From contig JBBRUX010000016.1 of the NCBI GenBank assembly GCA_038247415.1, forward strand, positions 9,051 through 73,050: a stretch of 64,000 nucleotides of DNA. Reading direction: 5' to 3'. Of the stretch, positions 20,115-30,345 are shown piece by piece; the first letter of the stretch is position 1; each line of letters opens with the position of its first letter. Below the pieces are notes generated by a model, which saw only the letters and a program-made list of their open reading frames with translations, made no database searches and was not told where the DNA came from. Source of the stretch: Chitinivibrionales bacterium. Its GTDB lineage: Bacteria > Fibrobacterota > Chitinivibrionia > Chitinivibrionales > WJKA01. The translations under genes were made by a program, and so were the position numbers.

Positions 20115-21107
20115 ATGAATGCACGCTCTAGAATATCGCTTCTTATCCTTAGTATAATGCCTCTTTCTCTTCTTGCTGCCGAAGCCGCTATTCCATCAAC
20201 ACAAGGGAAATCTGCAGTAGCTGCAAAACCTGCGTCGAGTGCACTTGTCGTATCGCATTCTCCTCAAGCGCTTCTTGCAAAAATTGATGCTGCTACCAAA
20301 GGGGTTGACGCCGCAATAGTTTCAAAGAGTACTCTTACAACCGAAGCACGCTCTACCATTGGTGCATATAAAATTGCTTATGATAAGGATTCCAGCTTAA
20401 AAAAAATAGGCTCCTTTTTTACCTCCTGCTCATTAGTAACCGAAGGAGCCGTTCTGGATGTGGCAGTTTTAGTTTCAAAAGAGAAAATTTCTTCTCTTGT
20501 GCGCAAGCACAATGCAATTCTTATTGAGCTTAATGAGATTCACGAAAAAATTATTGCGGAAGAACGGTCTAATGCCCTACGCTTTAAGGAAGCAATGACC
20601 GCCGATCTCGACTCTACAAAGCGCAAATCCGAAGAATTGCGTTTAGAAGCAGAGCGTAGCAAAGCCGAGTCGGAACGCCGTAGGCTGGAATCGGAAAAAA
20701 GATTTTCCGAATTGCAAAGTACGTTCATTCAGGTGAAAACCGATGCCCGCGGAACCATTATTTCAATGTCGGATATTCTCTTTGACGTGGGCAAAGCAAC
20801 GCTCACCGCTGATCTCAAAACCAGCTTAGCGAAAATTGCTGGTATTTTGCTGGTTTTTAAAGATTCCCGTATCGGCATAGAAGGCCATACTGACAATGTT
20901 GGGTCCGAAGCATATAACCAAGATTTGTCGGAAAAGCGCGCCAAGGCGGTACTTGATTTTCTCGTTGTTCAGGGCATTTCGGAAGAACGTCTCTCCTCTG
21001 TCGGGTATGGATTTTCTAAGCCGGTAGCAGATAATGCCACCAAAGAGGGGCGTCAAAAAAATCGACGCGTTGATCTTGTTATTCAGGAGAAAAAAGTCGC
21101 AAATTAA
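20115..21107 (+). CDS. OmpA-family peptidoglycan-binding protein with coiled coil
   Basis: ILFDVGK, IEGHTD, NQDLSEKRA, NRRVD; signal peptide. Confidence 0.9.
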   Translation: MNARSRISLLILSIMPLSLLAAEAAIPSTQGKSAVAAKPASSALVVSHSPQALLAKIDAATKGVDAAIVSKSTLTTEARSTIGAYKIAYDKDSSLKKIGSFFTSCSLVTEGAVLDVAVLVSKEKISSLVRKHNAILIELNEIHEKIIAEERSNALRFKEAMTADLDSTKRKSEELRLEAERSKAESERRRLESEKRFSELQSTFIQVKTDARGTIISMSDILFDVGKATLTADLKTSLAKIAGILLVFKDSRIGIEGHTDNVGSEAYNQDLSEKRAKAVLDFLVVQGISEERLSSVGYGFSKPVADNATKEGRQKNRRVDLVIQEKKVAN

Positions 21108-21765
21108 GCGCTCTTTCAAAGAGATTGAGTGCTAAAATCACCTGCGCCGAAGTGGCTTCCACTTCGGCTTCTTGTGCTGTTTTGAGCACCACGGTAAGCG
21201 ATTCCCCTTCTTCTTGATTTCCGCAAAATTTCCCCTTAAACGATTCGAATTCCTTCGAGTCAACAATAAGATCGCACCCATAGATAAATAATGCTTCATC
21301 GTGAAGACCTATTGATGTATATAATGGCTTATCCCAAAGGGGAACCAGTGCTTCTGCACTAATGGAAATCCCAGCTTCTTCGTAGAGTTCGTTTAAAGCA
21401 ACACTCACAGGATCGTTGATTGCTGTATCGAGCATGCCTGCGGGGAATTCCAGGCTTGGTGCGCCGTTGCCAACCCTATTTTGAATGACCATGACAAAAC
21501 GAGATTCTCCGGTATCACGGTTTTTGATGCGCGGAACGATAACGCATGCGTGCCCACGAACTAAGGCGTAGCGCAAAAGCGGCGCTCCATCGGATCCTGC
21601 GCCATCGAGGTTGAATAATCCAAACAGAAATTCTCCATTATGTTTATACAAAAGAGAAATGGGTGAGATTGCGTTGATGGTGCAACCGTGGCTTTTAAGG
21701 GTTTTAAGCCAATCCTGGTATTTTGGCTCGAGCGTATAGTTTTGTGGGTCTTTATTCATGAGCAT
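21079..21765 (-). CDS. NUDIX hydrolase (ADP-sugar pyrophosphatase-like)
   Basis: LEFPAGMLD...ALNELYEEAG Nudix box. Confidence 0.8.
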   Translation of the reverse strand: MLMNKDPQNYTLEPKYQDWLKTLKSHGCTINAISPISLLYKHNGEFLFGLFNLDGAGSDGAPLLRYALVRGHACVIVPRIKNRDTGESRFVMVIQNRVGNGAPSLEFPAGMLDTAINDPVSVALNELYEEAGISISAEALVPLWDKPLYTSIGLHDEALFIYGCDLIVDSKEFESFKGKFCGNQEEGESLTVVLKTAQEAEVEATSAQVILALNLFERALNLRLFSPE

Positions 21766-21964
21766 AAAATAGAGGATGAGAGGGAAAACTGCAAGATGAA
21801 CCTTTGGCCCTGGGCAAATCAGGGCAAAACAGATACCCTGCCTAATCCATAAGATTGCTGTATTCTTAAGAATTCAATCAATTTACAAGGCGCTTGGATA
21901 AGTCAAAATTACGTGATATAGTATTATTAGTGAAGAACTTATTCTCATTCATAAAGGGGTCACT

Positions 21965-22577
21965 ATGCGTGTAACATCTCTTGTTGTGGTAGCTTCTACG
22001 GCTGTTGCAAGTTGCTTTTTTGCATGCAAGTGGGGAGCAGAGCCTTTAAAAGCCGAAGCCTCAATTCTTTTTGTTCGGGACAGCGAAGGGAATAAAGCGT
22101 TTTATGCTTCCCCTGATCAAGGACAAAATATAGCTTTCACTGTTACAAGGTATGATTTTAGGGACACAAATTATGCGGTATCCGCATTTGCAGATGATTC
22201 TGGCAGACTTTCTAGTTTACTGACTCGGGTTTTGGATAATAAAGTTTCGATAGAGGGAGATTTTACTCAATCAACGCTTCCAACAGGATCGTGGGTGAGG
22301 AAGTGTTGCTGCTGATTCTGCAAAGCTCGATTCGATGAAAACCCTGGTATCAGAAGCAAGTAATGGTCCCTTTACAGAAGACCCTCCCATGATGGCGGAC
22401 GCAGGGATACCACAACATACGGCATTTCTTTACGACAGCACTAAAGGAGGGTATCGAGAAATTCTCCTCTCCCAAAATGGAGATGTATCTATTAGCAATG
22501 AGTCTCCTGCTGCAAAGAAGTTGGTTGCATGGCCCAGTGTACTTGATACGCTCCCGATAAGAATTATTTATTATTGA
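21965..22577 (+). pseudogene. Probable frameshifted lipoprotein gene (fragments 21965-22315 and about 22299-22577)
   Basis: RBS AAGGGG and lipobox-like FFAC; second frame is open from 22299, overlapping the end of the first. Confidence 0.45.
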
Positions 22578-22698
22578 AAAAACCTTTGAGTGCGATAGTG
22601 CATGAGCAAAATCGCCGGGATTTTTTTAGTACCCTCCTGCTTAGTGTATATTTTTACCGTAGGGTGTTTGTATTTTTTTTTCGCCTGAGGGTAACTAT

Positions 22699-23634
22699 AT
22701 GGCTGAGTCTGTACAATTTATTCCTCTGTCGATTCCACCAGATCTTGCGGGGTCAAATTTTCTCGTGGGTACCTCAGGGTACCACTACGATGATTGGATC
22801 GGCATTTTTAATCCCCCTAAGGGGATGAAAATTGTTGATCTTTTCCAAAAAAAACTCCGCGCCGATAGGCTTGCGTGGTATCAGACCTATTTTTCTTTTG
22901 TCGAGATAAATCATACCTTTTATGCGATGCCTCAAAAGGCGCATTTTCTGGATATTCAAAGGCGTAGTAAAGAATCCATGATGTATACCGTCAAGGTTTC
23001 GAAGGAAATTTCGCATCAGGGGAATTTTGATTGTGCACGTGGCAAAGAACTTATGAAGGCGCATATTATCGGGGTGAGTCCGCTTATTGAGGCGGGGAGT
23101 TTGTATTCGTTACTTATTCAATTTGAGGATCATTTGTTTAGAAAAATGGCTGTTCTCGAATATATCCTGGCGATTTCGGAGGTCGCACGAGCGCAGGGGG
23201 TCGATGTCCATGTCGAGTTTCGACATAGAAGCTGGCATGATATGAATGTGTTGACCGCTTTAAAAAATGCAGGTATCGGGATATGTAATACCGACATTCC
23301 TGATGTTTCGCATGCGTTTCCATTAAAAGCTTATGCAACAAGTGCTAAGGGCTATTTTCGATACAGTGGCAAGAATCTGGCTTCGTGGTATCCACAAAAA
23401 AGAAGCACGTCCCCTTTGGAAGCCAAGGCGATGCGCAACGAACGATATAATTATAACTATTCATCGGAAGATATTAAAAATCATACTCTTGGACAGATTG
23501 CATGCAGCCATAAAGCGAGCACAGTAGCCATTGCTTATAATAATCATTATCAGGCTCAGGCGATTAAAAATGCATCTGAAAATCTGATAATGCTCAAGCA
23601 AAGACTTGATTCTAATCACGCTTCCGAATTTTAA
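22699..23634 (+). CDS. DUF72 family protein
   Basis: VGTSGYHYDDW.G, VEINHTFY..P, VEFRHRSW, RYNYNYS, NNH. Confidence 0.9.
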   Translation: MAESVQFIPLSIPPDLAGSNFLVGTSGYHYDDWIGIFNPPKGMKIVDLFQKKLRADRLAWYQTYFSFVEINHTFYAMPQKAHFLDIQRRSKESMMYTVKVSKEISHQGNFDCARGKELMKAHIIGVSPLIEAGSLYSLLIQFEDHLFRKMAVLEYILAISEVARAQGVDVHVEFRHRSWHDMNVLTALKNAGIGICNTDIPDVSHAFPLKAYATSAKGYFRYSGKNLASWYPQKRSTSPLEAKAMRNERYNYNYSSEDIKNHTLGQIACSHKASTVAIAYNNHYQAQAIKNASENLIMLKQRLDSNHASEF

Positions 23635-23732
23635 TCTGCTTATTGATTTTGCGGCATTCGGTATGGTATACTCAAATTTTATTGGGTTTGATAGGCTGTG
23701 CGATATTTTTAGTTTGATTTGAGGAATTGAGA

Positions 23733-25928
23733 ATGCGCTTATTTGCTCTTGTCCCGCTCTTCAGTTTTATTGCACTTGTGCTCTTGGGCATGTTTGTATT
23801 ATTGCGCAATAGTTCACAAATACGAAATCGCCTCTTTTTTGCTTTATGTTTAGCTACTGGATTTTGGGGAATTGCTTTTTATGGCACCGTAACCGCTTCC
23901 GATGCCGAAAGCGCGCGATTCTTTTATATCATGCATTTATTTATGGCATTTTCTGGTTCCTCATTTCTTCATTTTATTCATTCTGTATGTCAAAAAAGTG
24001 CAGTGCATTCCCACCAGTGGAAACGAGGCTGGATATATGTTCCTGCGTTTGCATTGTGTGCTTTTGCGATGGTTACAGGACCTACAAGTCAATTGCCAAC
24101 TCCAGCTCTTGATGGGTGGGGGTATAGTACCACAACTACACCACTCTATTTGTGGCTTTTGTATGGATGGTCTGTTTTCGTAATGCTGGCTTCAATTAAT
24201 ATACTTTTCCGATTTTATAAATCTGATTCAGATGAAGTGAGAAAAAAGGATGCCTATTTTTTAGCACGCGTATTGGTTTTATCGGCGATACTTGAAATTC
24301 TTGTCGATATCGGTTTGAGATTGGTCGGTATGCAGGGCCCACGCTCGGGACAAATACTCTCGACATTTATTATCTGCTATGTTTTTTGGGTATATTGGCG
24401 TGGTGATATTGTCAACCAGTCGTTTGCAGCAGAACGAATAATAGCCATTATGCGCGATTGTCTTATTATTGTAGGTTCCGATAATCGCATCGAGCGCGTT
24501 AATGATGCAGTTACCCGATTACTGGGTTACGAAAACAACGAGCTTATTGGGCAACCAATAAAAAATCTCTTTGCAGAAGGAACAAATCCTGATCGCATAT
24601 CATTATTGGATAAAACCTCACGAAATTCAATGCCAGAGACATTTGCAGAGATAGAAACCGTTTTTCGCAAAAAATCGGGAGAATCTATTAATGTCTCCCT
24701 TTCTCAGTCTATGATACGCAACGACAATGAACGATGTGTTGGTATGGTTCTTTTAGCCCGAGATCTGAGCGAGCGAAATCTTGTTGACGAAGAGCTTCGA
24801 CGTTCTCAAAAGCTTGCATCCCTTTCTAAATTATCCGCAGGTATTGCACATGATTTCAATAATGTACTGACGGCTGTCTTGGGAAATATTACGCTTTTGG
24901 GTAAAAAAATTAACCAGAGCGAAGAAATTGCTTCAATTTTGGCAGCAACAGAGCGCGCTGCATTGGCAGCAAAGTCTTTAGCCGGGCAATTGTTGACATT
25001 TTCAAGTGGCGGTGATCCTATCAAGGAAACGGTGTATCCCGAAGCATTCCTCAATGACGCTGTGGACTTTACACTCAAGGGATCCAATGTAGAGTATACA
25101 ATAGCTATGGAAGCAGACCTTTTTGCGGTAGAGGTAGACATATCGCAAATTACCCAAGCAATAAGCAGCATTGTCATGAATGCCCGTCAATCAATGTCTC
25201 AAGGGGGCAAGCTTACTGTACAATGTCGTAATCGTCTCAATGGGGAGACGGGGTTGCCCTTTTTAGATCATGAGAAATATGTTGAGTTCAATTTTGCCGA
25301 TCATGGCCATGGCATTAAAAAAGAACTTATATCACGGGTGTTCGATCCGTTTTTTACAACACGGCAAGAAGGTAGTGGTTTAGGATTGAGTGTAAGTTAT
25401 TCTATTGTCAAAAAGCATGGCGGACATATCGATGTGCAATCGCGTGAAGGAGTAGGTACTATTATCAGGCTATTCCTCCCTGCCTCGGATAATATCCCTA
25501 TTGTTAACGTTAAAGAAGAGGCTTTTGTACCTACCAATAAAGGACCGGTACGCATTCTTGTTATGGATGATGACGAAATTGTGCGCACAACCTTTCAAAT
25601 GATCCTTGCTGAACTGGGCTGTGAAAGTGACTTTGCGGTGCATGGTACCCAGGCGATCGAGTATTTCCAAAAAGCATTTTCAAGTGGAAACCCCTACGAT
25701 CTTTGCTTTATGGATCTGACAATACCGGGCAATATTGGAGGGAAAGAAGCAATCGGCAAACTTTTAGAAATAAACCCTTCTGTAAAGGCAATTGTAACCT
25801 CTGGATATTCCGACGACCCGGTCATGGCCCGATTTCGTGATTATGGCTTTTCGGGTGTATTACCAAAACCGTTTCAGTTCGATGAAGTAGAAACGCTCGT
25901 AACACGCTTTTCCGTTTCGTCTCATTGA
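23733..25928 (+). CDS. Hybrid sensor kinase (7TM N-terminus, PAS, HisKA, HATPase, receiver)
   Basis: AGIAHDFNN, FDPFFTT, GSGLGL, ILVMDDD; hydrophobic N-terminus. Confidence 0.92.
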   Translation: MRLFALVPLFSFIALVLLGMFVLLRNSSQIRNRLFFALCLATGFWGIAFYGTVTASDAESARFFYIMHLFMAFSGSSFLHFIHSVCQKSAVHSHQWKRGWIYVPAFALCAFAMVTGPTSQLPTPALDGWGYSTTTTPLYLWLLYGWSVFVMLASINILFRFYKSDSDEVRKKDAYFLARVLVLSAILEILVDIGLRLVGMQGPRSGQILSTFIICYVFWVYWRGDIVNQSFAAERIIAIMRDCLIIVGSDNRIERVNDAVTRLLGYENNELIGQPIKNLFAEGTNPDRISLLDKTSRNSMPETFAEIETVFRKKSGESINVSLSQSMIRNDNERCVGMVLLARDLSERNLVDEELRRSQKLASLSKLSAGIAHDFNNVLTAVLGNITLLGKKINQSEEIASILAATERAALAAKSLAGQLLTFSSGGDPIKETVYPEAFLNDAVDFTLKGSNVEYTIAMEADLFAVEVDISQITQAISSIVMNARQSMSQGGKLTVQCRNRLNGETGLPFLDHEKYVEFNFADHGHGIKKELISRVFDPFFTTRQEGSGLGLSVSYSIVKKHGGHIDVQSREGVGTIIRLFLPASDNIPIVNVKEEAFVPTNKGPVRILVMDDDEIVRTTFQMILAELGCESDFAVHGTQAIEYFQKAFSSGNPYDLCFMDLTIPGNIGGKEAIGKLLEINPSVKAIVTSGYSDDPVMARFRDYGFSGVLPKPFQFDEVETLVTRFSVSSH

Positions 25929-25941
25929 TAGCGCTGTATCT

Positions 25942-27948
25942 ATGCGCCGCTCCCCCTTATTCGCTTCAGCTTCTATCCCAAGTGCTCCCTTGGGGGCAAC
26001 CATTATTAACGATGCTGTAGCATTTTCGGTGAATAGTTCTACCGCAGTTAAGGTTAGGATTCTTCTTTACAAAGATGATGTGGCACGTAACCCCTGTTTT
26101 GAATTGGAACTTATACGCACGAGTCAATTTTTGTGGCAGGGAGCCATCAAAGGTGCTCGTGCCGGCATGCTGTATGGGTACCGTATTGAAACCCGTCAAC
26201 AATTGCTTGCACAGGATGAATGTTTGGCGGTTGATCCGTATGCTAAGGCGGTATGGCCATTGCATGATGGTACTCTGCTTGCTGTTATTGTTGATGATGC
26301 ATTCGATTGGACAGATGCGCACCGTACAACCTATTCGTTTCAGGATACCATAATTTACGAAGCTCATTGCAAGGGATTTACTGCGCATGATACTTCGGGG
26401 GTTATGTCCCCGGGCACATACCGTGGGTTTATAGAAAAAATACCATATCTGCAATCGCTTGGAATAACGGCTGTTGAATTTTTGCCGTTGCATCAATCGG
26501 TACCAGAGCCATTTCTGGTAGAGGCTGGTCGAACGAATTATTGGGGCTATTCAACGCTTTCTTACTTTGCACCCGATTATCGTTTTGTATCGGCGAATGA
26601 TCCTATGGCAGCAGTGCGTGAATGTAAAGAAATGATTAATGCTCTGCACAATGCAGGCCTTGAGGTAATTCTTGATGTTGTTTACAACCACACCTGCGAA
26701 GGGAATGAAACAGGACCTCTTTTTTCGTTTAAGATCTTAGATAAAGAAGCGTATTATATTCATGATGCAGAAACCGGAGCCTTGACTGATCTGACTGGTT
26801 GTGGAAATACTTTGGATGCGGGATCGTATCCTGTAATCAAGCTGATTATGGATTCTTTACGATATTGGGTAACGGTAATGCATGTAGATGGTTTTCGGTT
26901 TGATTTAGCAACTACCTTGGGACGCCCTGCTGCAAAACCATTTGACCCAGCATCGGCTCTGCTTACCGCTATAAGACAAGACCCTATTGTAGGAATGGTT
27001 AAGCTTATTGCTGAACCTTGGGATGCAACGCCGCAGGTTTATAAACCGGGTAAGTTTCCAAATCCCTTGTACGAATGGAATGGATTATATCGGGATAGCG
27101 TACGTCGATTTTGTAAAAGTGATGCTGGCCTGGCATTGGCCTTTATTGAAGCCATATGCAATAAAGTAACGGTACCTGCTAGCAATTCGGATATACGTTT
27201 TCGTTCGATTAATTTTATTACCGCACATGATGGATTTACATTGTGGGATCTTGTTTCGTATGCTCGCAAACACAACGAAGAAAATGGCCAAAAAAATTCC
27301 GATGGCACAAACGCCAATTATTCATGGAATTGGGGTATCGAAGGGGAAACTAGTGATCCCGTAATACTCGAACAAAGATCTCTATTGTGCCGTAATTTCA
27401 TGCTCACGTTGTGCCTTTCTGCAGGTGTTCCCATGATTCTGATGGGGGACGAGGTCCACCGGTCGCAATTGGGAAATAACAATGCGTATTGTCAAGATGT
27501 GTCGTGGAACTATCTTTCCTGGAAAAATGGTGCTTTTCAGACATCGATGCTAATTTTTACAAAAGCATCGTTGAAATTGCGTAAATACCTGATAGAAAGG
27601 TATCAGGATTTTTTTAACATCGACGCAAATCCTGCGCTTGCCTTTTTTGATGAAAATGGAATTTCTCCGGTGGCGTTGGGCGAATCTCAAGCCAGATCGG
27701 TGGAAATCCTTTGTGTGCCTTGCACTATACTGCACGATTCCTGCGCATTATTGATCTGCAGCAATGCTCATTGGGAATCGCGCGATTTCACCTTTCCTCA
27801 GAATGAAAATGAGGGAGAGTGGTATCAATTGGTCGATACGAGTCGACCGGATATCTGCAATGGTGTATTTTCTATGCGCAGATGGGCAGGTACACAAGCA
27901 ACAATTTCTGCCCGATCGACTATGGTATTTGAACGGAGAAAATCATGA
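25942..27948 (+). CDS. glgX: Glycogen debranching enzyme / isoamylase (GH13)
   Basis: NYWGYST, DVVYNHT, DGFRFDLA, AEPWD, TAHDGFTL. Confidence 0.92.
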   Translation: MRRSPLFASASIPSAPLGATIINDAVAFSVNSSTAVKVRILLYKDDVARNPCFELELIRTSQFLWQGAIKGARAGMLYGYRIETRQQLLAQDECLAVDPYAKAVWPLHDGTLLAVIVDDAFDWTDAHRTTYSFQDTIIYEAHCKGFTAHDTSGVMSPGTYRGFIEKIPYLQSLGITAVEFLPLHQSVPEPFLVEAGRTNYWGYSTLSYFAPDYRFVSANDPMAAVRECKEMINALHNAGLEVILDVVYNHTCEGNETGPLFSFKILDKEAYYIHDAETGALTDLTGCGNTLDAGSYPVIKLIMDSLRYWVTVMHVDGFRFDLATTLGRPAAKPFDPASALLTAIRQDPIVGMVKLIAEPWDATPQVYKPGKFPNPLYEWNGLYRDSVRRFCKSDAGLALAFIEAICNKVTVPASNSDIRFRSINFITAHDGFTLWDLVSYARKHNEENGQKNSDGTNANYSWNWGIEGETSDPVILEQRSLLCRNFMLTLCLSAGVPMILMGDEVHRSQLGNNNAYCQDVSWNYLSWKNGAFQTSMLIFTKASLKLRKYLIERYQDFFNIDANPALAFFDENGISPVALGESQARSVEILCVPCTILHDSCALLICSNAHWESRDFTFPQNENEGEWYQLVDTSRPDICNGVFSMRRWAGTQATISARSTMVFERRKS

Positions 27949-28736
27949 AAACATGTGAGGATATTCGCGCTAAAAGAGGGTTTATTTGTGATATGGATGG
28001 AGTGCTGTATCACGGAAATAAACTATTGCCGCGCGTAAAAGAATTTGTGGCATGGCTTATTGCCGAAAAAAAACATTTTTTATTTCTTACAAATGCAAGC
28101 GAGCGTTCCCCTCGTGAACTTGCAGAAAAGCTTTCTCGATTGGGCATCGATGTATCTCCCGATATTTTTTATACCAGTGCCCTTGCTACAGCAGAGTTTT
28201 TAGCGTCCCAACGACCCAAAGGAAGCGCCTTTGTTATTGGCGAAGCAGGTCTTATCAATGCGCTGTACGATGCGGGGTATACCATGAATGAGGTTAATCC
28301 CGATTATGTGGTGGTGGGTGAAACTCATTCGTATACGTACGATCGTATTAGTAAAGCTATTAATTTGGTGCTTGGCGGCGCACGCCTTATTGGCACCAAT
28401 CCCGATCTAACAGGCCCTGTGGAACATGGGATTGTACCTGCAACAAAAGCATTACTTGCTCCAATCGAATTGTCAACAGGACGCAATGCTTATTATGTGG
28501 GCAAACCAAATCCCCTTATTATGCGCCATGCACTCAAAAAACTCGGATGCATCCGTGAAGAAACCGCAATAATCGGCGATCGTATGGACACCGATATTGT
28601 TGCAGGGATAGAATCTGAAATTGATACGGTTCTTGTTCTCACGGGTGTTACAAAAAGAGAAACACTGGGAGCTTTTCCCTATCAGCCTTCGCTTGTGCTT
28701 GAGGGGGTGGGGGAGATTATTGATGGGAAACTATAA
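27945..28736 (+). CDS. nagD: HAD-IIA hydrolase (NagD-like)
   Basis: DMDGVL, LTN, GKPN, IGDRMDTDI. Confidence 0.85.
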   Translation: MKTCEDIRAKRGFICDMDGVLYHGNKLLPRVKEFVAWLIAEKKHFLFLTNASERSPRELAEKLSRLGIDVSPDIFYTSALATAEFLASQRPKGSAFVIGEAGLINALYDAGYTMNEVNPDYVVVGETHSYTYDRISKAINLVLGGARLIGTNPDLTGPVEHGIVPATKALLAPIELSTGRNAYYVGKPNPLIMRHALKKLGCIREETAIIGDRMDTDIVAGIESEIDTVLVLTGVTKRETLGAFPYQPSLVLEGVGEIIDGKL

Positions 28737-28747
28737 ATATGTAAGTT

Positions 28748-28962
28748 AAGATAAGATTTTGGACGTTCCAGCTTCGCCGTCGCCCCTACCCCTTCGGGCG
28801 ACCAAAGGAAGTGCCCTTGGGGTATGTTCCGATGCGGCTTCCTTTATGGGTTCTCGCTTCGCGAGCCGGTCTTTCATGCCATGAGGCACTTCGTGCCTGA
28901 GGCATTTAAGACTGAAAGCTTCACTCCGTTTTGCTTTCACCCTCCAGTCCGGGCTAATGCGC
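28748..28962 (-). repeat. Structured multi-hairpin element, copy A
   Basis: Reverse complement aligns with 29071-29235; shared GGACTGGAG, GTGAA, CAGTCT, AGACCGGCT, GCGAAGC, CTTATCTT. Confidence 0.75.
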
Positions 28963-28976
28963 TTGACATAAGAGGG

Positions 28977-29059
28977 TGCAGAACACGATTAAAGGATTAC
29001 GGGATTATCATGATTAGGTCTGAAAAAATCATGCCCATCACATAAATCATAGTTTAGAC
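28977..29059. repeat. Imperfect GATT/AATC periodic palindrome
   Basis: GATT at 28987, 28995, 29003, 29012; (A/C)ATC at 29027, 29036, 29045. Confidence 0.55.
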
Positions 29060-29070
29060 TATTGACTTCC

Positions 29071-29235
29071 GCGCCAGGCAGGACTGGAGTGTAATGGATG
29101 AACAGCGTGAATCCATCAGTCTGGAAAGACCCAGGTGCAGAGCACCGCAGGGCTTGACAGACCGGCTTGCGAAGCAAGAGCACGTAAGAAGGACCGGTAC
29201 CGCAGGTAGGCGCCCAAGAGATTGATACTTATCTT
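29071..29235 (+). repeat. Structured multi-hairpin element, copy B
   Basis: Homologous to copy A with compensatory stem changes. Confidence 0.75.
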
Positions 29236-29251
29236 GTAAAGGCTCATCGCC

Positions 29252-30016
29252 TTATACTATTTCCAACTTCATTGAAGATAAAAAATCCAGCGCCTTCATT
29301 TCATCATCCTTAGAAGCATGATAGGCAATATAAGAGCACAGTATCCTGATTACAGAAACCGCTTGACCAATTCCAAAGGAGAGAGAAAGTTCGTTTTTTT
29401 GGGTACGGTCAATAAGCCGGATAAGCGGGAGCGGGATAAAGGAATCTGTGGAGGACGCTGGTTTACAATAAGAACAAACAAACCCACCTTCGGTTGTTTT
29501 GAGCGTGCCGCCGTCTGTTGCGTTGAGTGAGCGAGAGCATGCAATGCACTGTGCTGTGTTGATATCATACCCTTCATGATAAGCGCATAACGCAAGGAAC
29601 GAGATTAATTCTATCGATGCGTAAAGGGGGGATGGGGCTTTAACGCAGTGCCACATCCAAAGAACAATTTGTTCGTAGAGGGATGGATGAGATTCGCCTA
29701 GTACAAGGAACTTTTGTAGAAGCTCAAAACCGGCATCAAGAAGTGCAGTTGTAAATATATCGGGGTTGTCTGCTGCGGGAAATCCGGTGAGATGAAGCGA
29801 GCCAAGAATGCCAAGCTCTGCATGGGGTCGCAGATAGAGGGTTGTTTCGATGATCATGCCACGCTGGGGGAAAAATGCCATGGGCTTTTTTCGTTTGATG
29901 CCTTTGGCAATGCCTTGAATTCTGCCATGACTTTTTGTAAATATTGTAAGAAGCGCGCTGGTTTCCCGATAGGGTCTAACAGAAAGGATTATTGCTTCGG
30001 TTGCATAGGGGGCCAT
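29252..30016 (-). CDS. recO: DNA repair protein RecO
   Basis: TEAIIL..RPYRETS..LTIFTKSHGRI.GIAKG N-terminus; CxxC...CxxC zinc motif. Confidence 0.9.
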   Translation of the reverse strand: MAPYATEAIILSVRPYRETSALLTIFTKSHGRIQGIAKGIKRKKPMAFFPQRGMIIETTLYLRPHAELGILGSLHLTGFPAADNPDIFTTALLDAGFELLQKFLVLGESHPSLYEQIVLWMWHCVKAPSPLYASIELISFLALCAYHEGYDINTAQCIACSRSLNATDGGTLKTTEGGFVCSYCKPASSTDSFIPLPLIRLIDRTQKNELSLSFGIGQAVSVIRILCSYIAYHASKDDEMKALDFLSSMKLEIV

Positions 30017-30033
30017 GTAGTATCCATGAGTTT

Positions 30034-30345
30034 TTAACGCGATGGGGAATCTATGAATTTGTAAATGAGCTCGTCCTTTTTTGCCATGCCAAGGCGATAG
30101 CGCGCTGCTTGTTCTATTGCAAAAGTATCGGAGTGCAATGCTTCGATGTACTGCTTAAGAGAATCTATGGTTACCTGTGCTTGTTTTATTTCAACATGCA
30201 ATTGAGAAATTCCTTTTTGTGCCGAGCGGAGTGCCAGATATCCTTGTGGGCCAGATATCGTGAAATAGACAACTGCAATGATGGTAGCAGCAACAATCCA
30301 TCGGCCTAATTTAAGCTTTTTAAAGCGTATGTCAGATTGCCACAT
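30034..30345 (-). CDS. ftsB: Septum formation initiator (FtsB/DivIC family)
   Basis: TM, GPQGY, coiled coil, IEQAARYRLGMAKKDE; start uncertain. Confidence 0.8.
   Translation of the reverse strand: MWQSDIRFKKLKLGRWIVAATIIAVVYFTISGPQGYLALRSAQKGISQLHVEIKQAQVTIDSLKQYIEALHSDTFAIEQAARYRLGMAKKDELIYKFIDSPSR

Noticed and set aside
21800..21850. CAGGGCAAA hairpin resembling the start of a c-di-GMP-I riboswitch
   Set aside because: No GAAA tetraloop stem or GACGCAAAGC segment follows; only a short GCCCTG/CAGGGC hairpin
28746..29183. Short ORFs (64-73 aa) in the nagD-recO gap
   Set aside because: No recognisable motifs; better explained as shadows of the structured repeat
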